A DNA stretch of 64,000 nucleotides, taken from the NCBI GenBank assembly GCA_000092065.1, contig CP000583.1, one strand, 5' to 3'. The translations under genes and the position numbers were made by a program. Positions 8,944-19,213 of this stretch are shown in pieces. The stretch comes from Ostreococcus lucimarinus. Taxonomy: Eukaryota. Under the pieces are notes generated by a model. The model was not told the origin of the DNA. It was given only the letters and a program-made list of their open reading frames with translations, and ran no database searches. Each line of letters starts with the position of its first letter. Positions within the stretch are counted from its first letter, which is position 1.

Positions 8944-11112
8944 CTAAAGACGAGATTTAATTTTGGTGTCCAACGGACCCTGAGCGAGGGTGCGACCCTG
9001 AATGGCGCAGTTCTCTAAGTAAGGACACGGTTGGTACAGACCGCCGTACTTGGTGGACCAAGCGCGGAGCTTGGCGGCGATCACGGCGGGGCCGACGGAG
9101 TCGCCCCAGTGGACGACGCCGCCTCGAAAGGCAGGGAAGCCCATGCCTAAGATTGCCGCGGTGTCGATATCGCCAGCCTTGACGACGATGCCTTCGGAAA
9201 GAACTCTGCACGCTTCGTTGACGACCGGGAAAAAGATCATCTCAGCGATCTCTTGCGGACTCAAGCCCGCCGGAATGGGCGAACCGTCGAGCGGAAGTTT
9301 GGACTGCGCTCGGGACGCGGCGATGAGCATCTCGACACCCTCGGAATCAGGCGTGGCCCGGCGCTTATTGTCGTACTTGTAAAATCCAGCACCGGACTTC
9401 TCGCCCAATCTTTTGTTCGCGAGCAACGATGGGATGAGGGGCGAGCGGTAGACTCGATCGGGGAAATCGTCGATGAAGTTCTGCCCGACGTGAACGCCGA
9501 CATCGTGACCGACCAAATCACCCAAACGGAACGGACCCATGGGCATTCCAAACATCATTATCGCACGATCGATGGCGTACGGATCGCACCCAATATCCAC
9601 GAGCACCGTCGCGCTCATGGTGTACGGAAAGAAGATACGGTTGACGGCGAATCCGGTGCAGTTTCCCACGACGACAGGCGTCTTCTTAATTTGTTTACTC
9701 AAGCCCAAGGTGTCCACCAAAATCTGCGCCGGAGTCGCGTCGGTACGAATAATTTCGAACAGCTGCATGACATGAGCAGGTGAAAAGAAATGAGCACCCA
9801 CGATGCGCTCTGGGTTCTTCATTTTGGCGGCGATTTTTGTAATGTCGATGGTACTCGTGTTCGTGCTCAAGATGCAATCAGGCTTGCAAATCCTCTCCAA
9901 CTCACAGAAGATCTTTTGCTTGAGAGGTAAGTTTTCAATGACAGCCTCGATGACCATATCACACTGACGGAAATCTTGATCTGTGAGTGTAGGCTTGACG
10001 AGCGACATCAGCTGGCGCGCCTTGTCTTCAGTCATCCTGCCTTTACGAACCATGCTCGTCAAGTTTGATTGAATGCGACCGACGCCCGCGTCCAAAAACT
10101 CTTGCTTGATCTCTTTCAACACGACTTGAATTCCAGCGAGCAAGCACGCCGTGGCGATTCCACTCCCCATCAAACCGCCTCCGACGACGCCGACTGACTT
10201 CATCGGTCGAGGCTTAAGGCCGACGTCCGTGATTCCCGGAACTACGTTCGTCGCGCGCTGAGCGAAGAAGAAGTGAACCAAACCTTTCGCGGCAGGCGAT
10301 GATACAGCCTTTTTAAAGTTTTCTGCCTCGCGCTTCAGTCCCTCTTCAGGGCCTTGGGCGAGTCCGACCGAGATGGCATCGACGCAAAGCGCCACGTGCG
10401 GCATCACTGACTGCACTCGCTTGGCCTTCTTGCTCGCCTCCTTGAGAATCATCTCCGTAGACTTGGGATCTGGTAGTTTGTCTTTACGATACATCGAAAG
10501 CTCCCGCTTCACGGAGCCACTCGCGATCGCCTTCGCCAACGCCGACGCCTCGGCGACGATTCTTGACGGGTCCGCAATTTTGTCAACCAATCCAAGTTTC
10601 AGCGCCTCCTCCGCCTTGATCGACTTGCTCTTCAGCATCATCTCCAGGGACTTCTCCAAGCCCACCAACCGCGGCAGGCGTTGAGTGCCACCAAACCCAG
10701 GAATCACTCCCAACTGAAGCTCAGGCAACCCCAACTGCGCCCTCGGCGTCGCCACGCGCGCGTTGCACGACATCGCCACCTCCAATCCCCCTCCTAGAGC
10801 CAAGTTTTCGATCGCCGCCACGCACGGCTTACTTCCACCCTCCACGTATCGGCACAGAATCGCGTTAAAATCGCCCACGTCGTTCGACGGCTTCCCCTGG
10901 GTCGACTTTCTCAATTGCGTAATGTCGAAACCGCCGCTAAACTTTCCGCCCGCCCCGTGGATGACGATCGCGCGCACGTTCGAGTTTGCCTGCGCGTCCT
11001 TTACCGCGCGCTCGAGTCCCTCGAGTACCGGCACCGCCAGCGCGTTCACCGGGGGGTTATTCAGCTCGATCACCGCCACGCCGTCGTCGATTTTCGTCGT
11101 CACCGGGGACAT
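8944..11112 (-). CDS. MFP: Peroxisomal multifunctional fatty-acid beta-oxidation enzyme (enoyl-CoA hydratase / 3-hydroxyacyl-CoA dehydrogenase), C-terminal PTS1 -SRL
   Basis: Crotonase fold (GGKFSGGFDI), Rossmann 3HCDH motif VGVVGGGLMGSGIA, 722 aa in one exon, and the protein ends KIKSRL*. Confidence 0.85.
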   Translation of the reverse strand: MSPVTTKIDDGVAVIELNNPPVNALAVPVLEGLERAVKDAQANSNVRAIVIHGAGGKFSGGFDITQLRKSTQGKPSNDVGDFNAILCRYVEGGSKPCVAAIENLALGGGLEVAMSCNARVATPRAQLGLPELQLGVIPGFGGTQRLPRLVGLEKSLEMMLKSKSIKAEEALKLGLVDKIADPSRIVAEASALAKAIASGSVKRELSMYRKDKLPDPKSTEMILKEASKKAKRVQSVMPHVALCVDAISVGLAQGPEEGLKREAENFKKAVSSPAAKGLVHFFFAQRATNVVPGITDVGLKPRPMKSVGVVGGGLMGSGIATACLLAGIQVVLKEIKQEFLDAGVGRIQSNLTSMVRKGRMTEDKARQLMSLVKPTLTDQDFRQCDMVIEAVIENLPLKQKIFCELERICKPDCILSTNTSTIDITKIAAKMKNPERIVGAHFFSPAHVMQLFEIIRTDATPAQILVDTLGLSKQIKKTPVVVGNCTGFAVNRIFFPYTMSATVLVDIGCDPYAIDRAIMMFGMPMGPFRLGDLVGHDVGVHVGQNFIDDFPDRVYRSPLIPSLLANKRLGEKSGAGFYKYDNKRRATPDSEGVEMLIAASRAQSKLPLDGSPIPAGLSPQEIAEMIFFPVVNEACRVLSEGIVVKAGDIDTAAILGMGFPAFRGGVVHWGDSVGPAVIAAKLRAWSTKYGGLYQPCPYLENCAIQGRTLAQGPLDTKIKSRL

Positions 11113-11447
11113 AATTCCAGGTTTCCGATTCGGTACGGATTATCGTCGACGCCGATCGCGCGCGGGCGCGTTCGAGGTCGCGCGTCGGTGTGAAGGCGCG
11201 AAAGGCGGTCACACTCGCGATCGGTCGTCGTCTGCGCGTCGCGAGGCGTCGAACGTCGTCGAGTGGCGGTGCTTCGACGGACGGCGACAGTTACGCAGTC
11301 ACGGCGTCGGCGACGCGACTGGCGACTGGAGCGACGGAACCGCGAGCGACGGAATGAGGGTAACAGCCTCGCGAACGGCGATATAATTTGAATTGAAACG
11401 GCGACGATTCGTCACGGGGCGATCGCGAATGAACTCTGAGGACGGAA

Positions 11448-13262
11448 TCACACGGCGAACGCGACCTTGGTCGCCGAAGCTGGCGCGGCGTCGGTCTGGT
11501 TGGGGTCCAACTCGGAATTCTTCTTTTTCAGCGCCGAGACGAGGTTCTTGTCGGAGAAAGACTGCATCGCTCGAGAATTATTTTGAACGGCTTCCACGGC
11601 GTATCGATCGCCGTCGATGAGACGGCGATCGAGGGCACGTCTCACGTAGAGCGTGACGCCGGAGACGAGTATCAGGCAGAGGGACACAATGGGGGAGACG
11701 TATCGCCACACTGCGACAAGAATCTCGATGAAGTCGATCGTTTCCTTGATTTCATCGTAAAACGCCTCGTCCATGTCGTACTCGAGGCTGGTCCAGGAGA
11801 TTGGAACGAGGGCTTCGTCACCGCTCGAGGCGCCGGACCAGAGCGTGGTGTAGAAAGTATCCGTCGGGTCAATTTTGAAGTTTTGTTGGATCGGAACTCG
11901 CATGCCCACGGTGTTACCGCTGCGCTCGTAAATCATGATCTCGATATCATGTATCGTGGCGTTCGGGGCGAACGGAGATGAAGAAGAGGTCGGATCGATG
12001 TACCCGCCGAAGACTCGGGGGTCGGCTCGATGACCGTGAGGAAGCGTGTACACACTCGGGATGAGCTCGAACCCGCTCACGTTGAACGTGCCGTGAAATT
12101 CCGTGTTGCGCCCACACGCAGTCTGATCTACTGGACAAGCCAAGAACTCTTCGTGCGCGATAGCGTACGTTTCGACAGAGACCTTGGAATTCTTCTTGAC
12201 CGTCTTGCCTTGCTGGTGTCGCAGCGTGAGGGAGCGTTTCAAATCTAATCCCATGCCAAAATCTGCCCAGGCAACGACATCAACTGAACTTCCGTGGATC
12301 TTAATAGCGTGATATTGTCCAGAAGCAATTGTTTTGCCTACGACGTTCTCGACATGCGACGTGTGAGGGTACGTGATTGGTCCCGCGGCGCCGTCAGAAC
12401 GGCGCAACACATTCGTCGCGTTCTCGGGCGAGTTCACGCCGGTTGCGATGCGATAGGGCGTAGATCCGTAGACATAAGCCCACGTAGAAGTATCATTCAC
12501 ACTCCACGGCACGTGATCGTCGTCGATCGTCGTCGCGTTGCGAATCTTTGTCACCGATCGAATGAGTCTTCTAGGATCGTTTGCCGCATACTGCGCGGAG
12601 ACGACGGGATCCTCGTATCCAAAAATCCACTCTCGAACGGTGCGTTTGATCAACATTCCGCTAGATTGTGGGCCAAGAGCGGGTCCAAGAGACGCTTGAA
12701 ACGCGTTCGCTCCGTAGGTCGACGAGATATGAGTCAGGTATCCTTTCCAAAGCTGCGCGTGAAGCGCCGAGATCGTAAACGTCGCCGCCAATGTCGTCGT
12801 GTCCATAGTCAGCATACCCACGGCTGTCATGCCCGTGGAATCGCCGACAACGGCCTGATACAGCGCACTCGACGTCGGCGAGCTTATCGCGACGACAGAA
12901 ACGGGCTGAGAAGCCTGAGTGGCGGCCCAAGATGCGTATTCAGGAACAGACGGGAAGCCGGTTAGAAACGCCGCCGGCACGCCCAAGGCAGCGAGTTGGG
13001 TCACCGATAGTCCCCCAAGAGGGCTCGCTGTGAAGATTTGTTCAACTGCAAGCGCCTGTAAAGCGGTAGGCCCTCCAAGAGCCGCCGCGACGAGGTTAGG
13101 AAACGCCGCCCCGAGCGTTGGGTCGTTCGCCATGGCGCCAAAAAGCTGAGTGATACCGCCGACCAACCCCGAGAGCGTTTGCGGGATTGCGGTGTACAGG
13201 ATGTTCGCTTCGCTCCCTGCCGTCTTCACCATGCCGATGTACGCCAAGTTGAAAGACACGAT
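11448..13262 (-). CDS. CD36/scavenger-receptor class B family protein, exon 2, including the C-terminal TM helix
   Basis: Continues in phase from exon 1 through a 55-nt intron (complement of 13263..13317, GTATAC…CATAG). C-terminal hydrophobic helix ILVAVWRYVSPIVSLCLILVSGVTLYV and multiple N-x-T sequons. Confidence 0.55.
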   Translation of the reverse strand: MVSFNLAYIGMVKTAGSEANILYTAIPQTLSGLVGGITQLFGAMANDPTLGAAFPNLVAAALGGPTALQALAVEQIFTASPLGGLSVTQLAALGVPAAFLTGFPSVPEYASWAATQASQPVSVVAISSPTSSALYQAVVGDSTGMTAVGMLTMDTTTLAATFTISALHAQLWKGYLTHISSTYGANAFQASLGPALGPQSSGMLIKRTVREWIFGYEDPVVSAQYAANDPRRLIRSVTKIRNATTIDDDHVPWSVNDTSTWAYVYGSTPYRIATGVNSPENATNVLRRSDGAAGPITYPHTSHVENVVGKTIASGQYHAIKIHGSSVDVVAWADFGMGLDLKRSLTLRHQQGKTVKKNSKVSVETYAIAHEEFLACPVDQTACGRNTEFHGTFNVSGFELIPSVYTLPHGHRADPRVFGGYIDPTSSSSPFAPNATIHDIEIMIYERSGNTVGMRVPIQQNFKIDPTDTFYTTLWSGASSGDEALVPISWTSLEYDMDEAFYDEIKETIDFIEILVAVWRYVSPIVSLCLILVSGVTLYVRRALDRRLIDGDRYAVEAVQNNSRAMQSFSDKNLVSALKKKNSELDPNQTDAAPASATKVAFAV

Positions 13263-13317
13263 CTATGATGAAGAGTGAGAAGTTATGAAACTAAATGAAG
13301 CGCTCTAGTTAGTATAC

Positions 13318-13737
13318 CTCGTCGTTCATTGAGCATCCGTCGCAAAAGTTTGCAGCGTCCATGTCCGCATAGAGCGTCGACACAAAGGATACTTCCGTGT
13401 CGTCGTTCGAAAAAGTAATATTCTGACGCTTGTTCACAGTGTTCGAAATAACGTACGGACCCACTTCCACGAGTGCCGGGGGATGAGTACCGGCGAGAAC
13501 TTGACTCGGGTTGGTGATGTTCCAGAAATAAATGCTCGCCTTGAGATTATTCTCGCATCTGGTGGTGCTGGTTACCCAGCACTTATCGCCCCGGTCAATC
13601 TTATAATCGGTGATCAAGCTCAGCGCAGGGACGTAGAGATACGCCAAACATAAGCTCGTGCCTAAAAATAACGTCGCACCGACTAAGACAGCCTGCAAAG
13701 TTGGTGTGAGCTCGCGTCGGCTGCGGTGAAGAAACAC
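13318..13737 (-). CDS. CD36/SCARB family protein, exon 1 (N-terminal TM plus start of the ectodomain)
   Basis: N-terminal TM helix AVLVGATLFLGTSLCLAYLYV, then …YFWNITNPSQVLAGTHPPALVEVGPYVISNTVNKRQNITFSNDDTEVSF…, matching the CD36 N-terminal signature (FxNxxNP…GPYxY…NITF…VSF). Confidence 0.6.
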
Positions 13738-13956
13738 ATGGCAAACTCACGTGACAGAAGAAATTTTTCCTGCTCGACTCCAAGCCACCGTACGTGCTGA
13801 GCACCTTGGTCGGCGCAGCACTCCGTTCATCGACCTCGATCGTGTCTAACGTGTCGTACTGGGTCGACATCGCGGCGTGCACTGAGGTTGATATTCTATT
13901 CTTGGCTCGCGACGTCGTCAACAATCGCGTCTTTGTTTTGTTACAAATCATGTTCC

Positions 13957-14940
13957 CTAGTCCTGCTTATCGTGCTCATCGGGCGTCGCCCAGTACTGCG
14001 GGGTGTCCAAATCAGTCATCAATCCCCAGCCGTACATCAAAGTGATGAGAAGGCCCCAGAAGATGATCACCCCCATCACGAGCTGCGCCTGCGTCTCGCA
14101 CAGCGCGCCGCACTCGGGCGCCTCCGATTGCTCCAGCGCCAGCAGCGCGCGCCCCGTGGCGCCGTCCTCGACCTCACCGCACTCGAGCGCGCTCGCACCG
14201 GCTGATTCATAAAACACGCCTACGGCGGCGATACCCTCGCGCTCGACCGTCTCCAAATCGTTCGCGAACGCCTCGCCCGCGCCTCGCGCGTCGTCCCCGC
14301 ACGTCGCCACCACCGCTCGCAGCCTCCCTCCCGCGGCGCCCTCGCGCGCGTCCAAGTACGCGCGCAACGGATCACGCGCGTACACGATCGTCTCCATCCC
14401 ATCGACGCTCGCCAGCTCATCCTCGCACTCGACCGACGCGAAGACGCGCCGCGCCCCGTCGCTCTCCTCGATCGCCCGCCGCACCGCGTCCGCCCTCACC
14501 CGCGCGTTCGGCGCGAACGTCCCGCGACGCTTCCCATCGCCCTCGCCGCGCACCCGTCGCAGCGCGTCCCTTCGCGCGTCCCCATCGTCGCCGAACCGTC
14601 CTCGTCGAACGAGCGCGAGCTCGGCCTCGTCGTCCTCCTCGTCCTCGTCGCGCGTCCCGATCGCCGCCGACGTCCTCGCGCGCGCGCCGACCCCTCGATC
14701 GCGCGTCCGATCGCCGTCGCGCGCGCCGACGACCGCGACGACGCCGTCGTCCATCGCGCGCGCGTCGTACGTCGTCTCGAACGCGTCGCCTCGATCGTTC
14801 GCCCGCGCGCTCTTCGCGCGCGCCGTTCGCGCGCGCACGAGCGCGCCGTCGCTCGCGCGCGCCGCGAGCGCGACCGCGACGACGAGGACGACGAGCGTCG
14901 CGCGCGTCGGCGTCGCCGCGCGTCGCGCGCCGCGCGGCAT
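13957..14940 (-). CDS. Hypothetical secreted/membrane protein with a signal peptide and a C-terminal TM helix
   Basis: Long ORF with GC3-rich codon usage. N-terminal hydrophobic signal (LVVLVVAVALAARA) and C-terminal helix VMGVIIFWGLLITLMYGWGLM. No recognisable domain. Confidence 0.35.
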   Translation of the reverse strand: MPRGARRAATPTRATLVVLVVAVALAARASDGALVRARTARAKSARANDRGDAFETTYDARAMDDGVVAVVGARDGDRTRDRGVGARARTSAAIGTRDEDEEDDEAELALVRRGRFGDDGDARRDALRRVRGEGDGKRRGTFAPNARVRADAVRRAIEESDGARRVFASVECEDELASVDGMETIVYARDPLRAYLDAREGAAGGRLRAVVATCGDDARGAGEAFANDLETVEREGIAAVGVFYESAGASALECGEVEDGATGRALLALEQSEAPECGALCETQAQLVMGVIIFWGLLITLMYGWGLMTDLDTPQYWATPDEHDKQD

Positions 14941-14948
14941 GCCGCGCG

Positions 14949-16019
14949 ATGCGTCGCGATGTGACGATTTCGCGGCCGCAGACCCGCGCGCGCATGCGCG
15001 CCGCGCTCGGACCGCGCGCGCGCGTCGCCATGTCCGTCGAGCGCGCGCGCGCGGACGCGCGCTCGGACCGCGCGCGCGCGCGACCGCGCGCGACCGCGGA
15101 CGCGCTCGAGGACCTGCGCGTGCGATGCGCGCACTGCGACGCCGTCTTCGCGCCGCGCGCGCTCGAATACGGCGCCGACGCGCGACGATTCGCGAGCGAG
15201 ACGCTGCGAGACGCGTTCGACGCGCTCGAGCGGGACGAGGAGACGAACGGGTTCTTGCTGCGAGGGCGCGAGCGCGGCGACGCGGCGCACCGGGGGCTGG
15301 CGCGGGCGTGCGACGAGCTGAGGAAGACGATGTCGCTCACGGAGGCGAACGCGACGCTGGGGCGAGGGGCGATGCACGTGTTCTCGACGAAACAGGCGAG
15401 GGCGCTGCTGACGAGCGCGGGGGCGGTCGGGGAGGGAGAGGGAAGGTTGAGATGGTTTTTGGACGTCGGCGCGGGGTGCGGCGAGGTGACGGAGACGCTG
15501 GCGAAGAATTTTGAAAAGACGTGCGCGACGGAGAGCTCGCGAGGGATGGCGAAGCGATTGAGAGAGCGTGGATTTGATGTCGTGCTCGAGAGCGACACGA
15601 TCGAGGACGTCGTGGGGGACGTGCGGCGGCTGGGGGAGGATTTGGACGAGGACGGGTTCGACGTCGTCGCGGCGTTGAACCTGTGCGATCGAATCGACGC
15701 TCCGGTGACGCTCATGTCGCAGTTAAAGCGCGCGTTGAAACCCGGGACCGGGGTTTTGATATTAGCCATCGTCGTTCCGTTCCGTCCATTCGTCGAGGGC
15801 GCGGACGGGACGCGAACGAAACCCAGCGAAACCGTCGACGCGCCGAGCTCGGGATCGTGGGAGGCGGGCGTCGAGGCGCTGTGGGAAAATTTAATCGCTC
15901 CCGCGGGATTCGAGCTCATCAGGCTCGCCCGGGTGCCGTACATATCCGAGGGCGATCACCTCTTCGACGCGTACGTCCTGGACGACGCCGTGTTCGTGTT
16001 GAGGGCGCCGGCTCGATGA
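14949..16019 (+). CDS. METTL9: METTL9/DREV-family SAM-dependent methyltransferase
   Basis: Motif I DVGAGCGEVT, the …TESSRGMAKRL… block, and the AALNLCDRIDAPVTLMSQLKRALKPGTGVLILAIVVPFRPFVEG block typical of DREV/METTL9. The true start may be an internal Met at 14994 or 15027. Confidence 0.6.
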   Translation: MRRDVTISRPQTRARMRAALGPRARVAMSVERARADARSDRARARPRATADALEDLRVRCAHCDAVFAPRALEYGADARRFASETLRDAFDALERDEETNGFLLRGRERGDAAHRGLARACDELRKTMSLTEANATLGRGAMHVFSTKQARALLTSAGAVGEGEGRLRWFLDVGAGCGEVTETLAKNFEKTCATESSRGMAKRLRERGFDVVLESDTIEDVVGDVRRLGEDLDEDGFDVVAALNLCDRIDAPVTLMSQLKRALKPGTGVLILAIVVPFRPFVEGADGTRTKPSETVDAPSSGSWEAGVEALWENLIAPAGFELIRLARVPYISEGDHLFDAYVLDDAVFVLRAPAR

Positions 16020-16115
16020 ACCGACGTCCCGAGCGCGCGAGCGGGACGCGCTGTAATTCAACGCTTCATTCCTAGCCTCCCCGCGCGCCCGCGCGCGCTT
16101 TCGCCGCGAGCGACG

Positions 16116-16262
16116 ATGTCGACGGCGTCCACGTCGTCGTCGTCGTCGACGTCGGCGCCGATGACGGCGAGCGAGATTCGCGCGCGCGTGCGACGCCAAA
16201 AAGTCGACCCGCGCGTGTCGCTGGACGTCTACTTCAGAACCGCCGAACACGTGCATCTACAG
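16116..16262 (+). CDS. OTU-domain protein, putative exon 1
   Basis: ATG at 16116 (Ser-rich N-terminus). The ORF is interrupted by CAG|GTGCGC at 16263. It joins in phase to 16495 after cgcag. Supported only by frame and splice-site fit. Confidence 0.35.
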
Positions 16263-16494
16263 GTGCGCGCGCGCTCGCGACGCGCTCGCGACGCGCGCCG
16301 ACGGTAGAACTCTCGAGCGCGCGCGCGCGAAGCGCGAGCGACGACGGCGACGACGGGAAAAGGGGACGCTCGATTGGATTGGGACGCGGCGTCGGTTGAC
16401 CGAACGCGAGCGACGCGCGCTCGCGACGCGCGGAACGACGGCGCCGCGAGACTGACGGCTCGCGATGCGATGTGCGCTCGTCGCGATCGCGCAG

Positions 16495-17586
16495 GCAAAG
16501 ATTTATAGGAGCGAAGGAAACTTGCCGCAGCTGTACAGGCTGTTGTACGCGTACGCGTCGGTGGTGTTGGATACGATGGCGGAGCACGGCGACTGGGACG
16601 ACGTAAAGTACGCCGAGCGGGTGAAACGGGAGAAAACGAGGACGGAGGAGGCGTTAGCGGAGATGGAGTCATTGAAACCGGTGATCGATGCGGAGGCGGA
16701 GGCGTGGAGACGATCGGCACCGCGGCGCGGGGCGAAGTCGGCGGCGGTCGGAGCCGCCGCCGGCGCGTCGTCGTCGTCCACAAAGGGCGCGACCGGGGGG
16801 GATGGGGACACGAACAGGAACACGACGGTACCTAAAGCGAGCGGAGAGACGCTGACGAAGCACTCGATGTTCGACGGGCGTCTACCGAGTGCCACGGACA
16901 CGGCGACGGCGGCTCGAACGGCGGCGGCGAACCCGAGCGGAGCCGTCGTCGAAAAGAGTACCACCGCGCCCGCACCGAGCGTGGGGACGCGACAAGAAAA
17001 CGCAGCGAGACACGCCCACTCGCTGTTACCTCCGCCGCCACCGCCGCCTCCAGCGCTCGGGGATGGGGACTCCGCGGCGTTTTCGCAGAGCCTGATGCGC
17101 AACGCGGCGAGCGTGGATTTCCAACCCAAAGTCATCGTCCAGATTCCCACCACGGACGAGGCGGCCACGGACCACACGCGCTTAGACACCCGTCTAAAGC
17201 TGTACAACCTGCGCGAGAAAGTCGTCCGCGGCGACGGGAACTGCCAATTCCGCGCCGTCGCCGATCAACTCTTTCGCGACCAAGAGCGTCACGCCGAGTG
17301 TCGCGCCGTCGTCGTCGATCAACTCCGCCGCGCCTCCGAAGACTACGCTCCCTACGTTCCCGAAGATTTCGACGCGTACGTCGAATCCATGGCCAAGGAC
17401 ACCGCGTGGGGCGATCACATCACCCTTCAAGCCGCCGCCGACGCCTACGGCGTTCGCATGTGCGTCATATCCAGCTACCGGGACAACTTTCTCGTCGAGA
17501 TCACCCCCAAGACGGCGCGCAGCGCGCGCGTGTGTTGGATCTCCTTCTGGGCCGAGGTACACTACAACTCCGTGTACCCCGCGTAG
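16495..17586 (+). CDS. OTU-domain cysteine protease (deubiquitinase-like), main exon
   Basis: Catalytic motifs DGNCQFRAVADQL (Cys box), WGDHITLQAAADAYG and HYNSVYP (His box) at the C-terminus. Confidence 0.75.
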   Translation, partial: AKIYRSEGNLPQLYRLLYAYASVVLDTMAEHGDWDDVKYAERVKREKTRTEEALAEMESLKPVIDAEAEAWRRSAPRRGAKSAAVGAAAGASSSSTKGATGGDGDTNRNTTVPKASGETLTKHSMFDGRLPSATDTATAARTAAANPSGAVVEKSTTAPAPSVGTRQENAARHAHSLLPPPPPPPPALGDGDSAAFSQSLMRNAASVDFQPKVIVQIPTTDEAATDHTRLDTRLKLYNLREKVVRGDGNCQFRAVADQLFRDQERHAECRAVVVDQLRRASEDYAPYVPEDFDAYVESMAKDTAWGDHITLQAAADAYGVRMCVISSYRDNFLVEITPKTARSARVCWISFWAEVHYNSVYPA

Positions 17587-17679
17587 TCTCCCAGCCCTCG
17601 TCGCGCTCGGTCCCTCGTCGCCGCCGCCGCCGCGCCGAGTCCCTCGTATCCACCGTTCACGACTCACGACGAATGCTGT

Positions 17680-18348
17680 ATGGGTAAACAGTATGCTTCA
17701 CGCCACGGTGCCGAGGCCGTGTTCGACGTCACCGCGCGCGTCACATCGCGCGCCATGTCCGCGACGGCGTGCAAGTTTTACCTCGCCGGCGCGTGCCGGA
17801 ACGGCGCGTCGTGTCGATTCTCGCACGACGCCGACGCGAGCGCGAGCGCGAGCGCGCGCGCGTCGACGGAGACGCGCGAGCGATGCAAATTCGTCGACGC
17901 CCCCGGTGGGTGCACGTTCGGCGATCGATGCAAGTACGCGCACGGCGCGAGCGACGCCGGCGCGAGCGACGTCGCGAGGGCGTTCAGTCGCGTGACGCTC
18001 GCCACCGGGGCGGGACGCGGGATGTCGGCGAGCGCGACGGCGTTCGCGCCGGGAGGGACGCGGGGGAACGCGAACGCGAACGGCGCCGAATACGAACACG
18101 GCGAAGAGGAGGACGAAGATTGGGGATACGTGGACGAACACGGGAATTGGGTGTCGTTCGACGACGAGGGCGAGGGCGCGAGGGAGTTTTTGGCGGCGCA
18201 GTTGCCGGACGAGGACGAGCTGTTGGGACTGACGAGCGAGGGGCCGAGCGGGGCGGGCGACGACGCGTGGGGGTTCTTCGACGAGGGCGGGAATTGGGTG
18301 TCGCTCGAGGGAGAGGGACAGCGGTACCTACAAACGCAGGAAGATTTG
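17680..18348 (+). CDS. MKRN: Makorin-like CCCH/RING zinc-finger protein, exon 1 (two C-x8-C-x5-C-x3-H fingers)
   Basis: CKFYLAGACRNGASCRFSH and CKFVDAPGGCTFGDRCKYAH. The exon ends …QEDL followed by GTGCGT at 18349. The true Met may be at ~17755 (MSATACKFY). Confidence 0.6.
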
Positions 18349-18522
18349 GTGCGTTGAGGACGATGGGCGTCGACGAGGAAGAGGGAGCGATGACGAGGAG
18401 GATGTACACTACGCGCGACGAAGTATTCGCCGCGACTGAATTCCGACGATTGTAATTTGATTCACGCAAGCGCTAACGATTATGCATGAGTCTGACGGCT
18501 TGCGCGTTTTCATTCCTCGCAG

Positions 18523-19119
18523 GGCATCGGTCGGGAGGACTCGTTCGTCGACGACGGCGTCGACGAAAGCGCGGATGAGGACGCGGAAGCGGAGGACGCG
18601 GAAGTCGCGCGACTCGAGGCTTCGCAAAATTTAGAGTGCGTGGTGTGTTTGGAAGTCGTCGTCGAGAAACCTCGCTTCGCGGATCGACGATTCGGGCTGT
18701 TGAACGCGTGCGAGCACTGCTTTTGCCTGAATTGCATTCGCGGATGGCGTCAGGGAGGAACGCAGCGAGGGGCCGAAGCGAGCGCTTCGAGCAACGAACA
18801 AGCGCGCATGTGCCCGATTTGTAGGACGACTTCTCACTTCATTACGCCGACGACGTCGTGGCCGAGAAACGACGAAGAAAAGACACAGATGATCGACTCG
18901 TACCGAGAACGGATGGGCAAAATACCGTGCAAACATTTCGACGGCGGCGACGGCACGTGTCCGTTTGGAACTTCGTGTTTCTACGAACACAGATACCGCG
19001 CTACGGGCGAGTTGGAGAGCGCCGAAGTACGGAAAAGCACCGCTTCAGACGGGAGTTTGAACATCCTCACTCCGGTTCGATTGAGCGATTTCATCCAGAC
19101 GTCGAGAAGGTTTAGATAG
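18523..19119 (+). CDS. MKRN: Makorin-like protein, exon 2 (C3HC4 RING plus a C-terminal CCCH finger)
   Basis: Acceptor ctcgcag at 18516-18522, in frame. RING CVVCLEVV…CEHCFCLNCIRGW…CPICR, then CKHFDGGDGTCPFGTSCFYEH. Confidence 0.6.
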   Translation, partial: GIGREDSFVDDGVDESADEDAEAEDAEVARLEASQNLECVVCLEVVVEKPRFADRRFGLLNACEHCFCLNCIRGWRQGGTQRGAEASASSNEQARMCPICRTTSHFITPTTSWPRNDEEKTQMIDSYRERMGKIPCKHFDGGDGTCPFGTSCFYEHRYRATGELESAEVRKSTASDGSLNILTPVRLSDFIQTSRRFR

Positions 19120-19213
19120 ATAGCGAACGTAGAGTTGATAAATGAAAAATGTTTACAATGCGTGGCAACTCGTTCGATGGTGGGTCTAAGGGTCGCGATT
19201 TCTTCGATCGTGT

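Noticed and set aside
14417-15943. 508-aa minus-strand Arg/Ala-rich ORF
   Set aside because: It is antisense to the METTL9-like gene and the signal-peptide gene, has extreme low-complexity RARARR composition and no domain. It is typical of spurious ORFs in 65% GC DNA.
16229-16783. 184-aa minus-strand ORF and other short Arg-rich ORFs across the window
   Set aside because: They are antisense to annotated genes or lie in promoters, with biased RRRR/PPPP composition and no domains.
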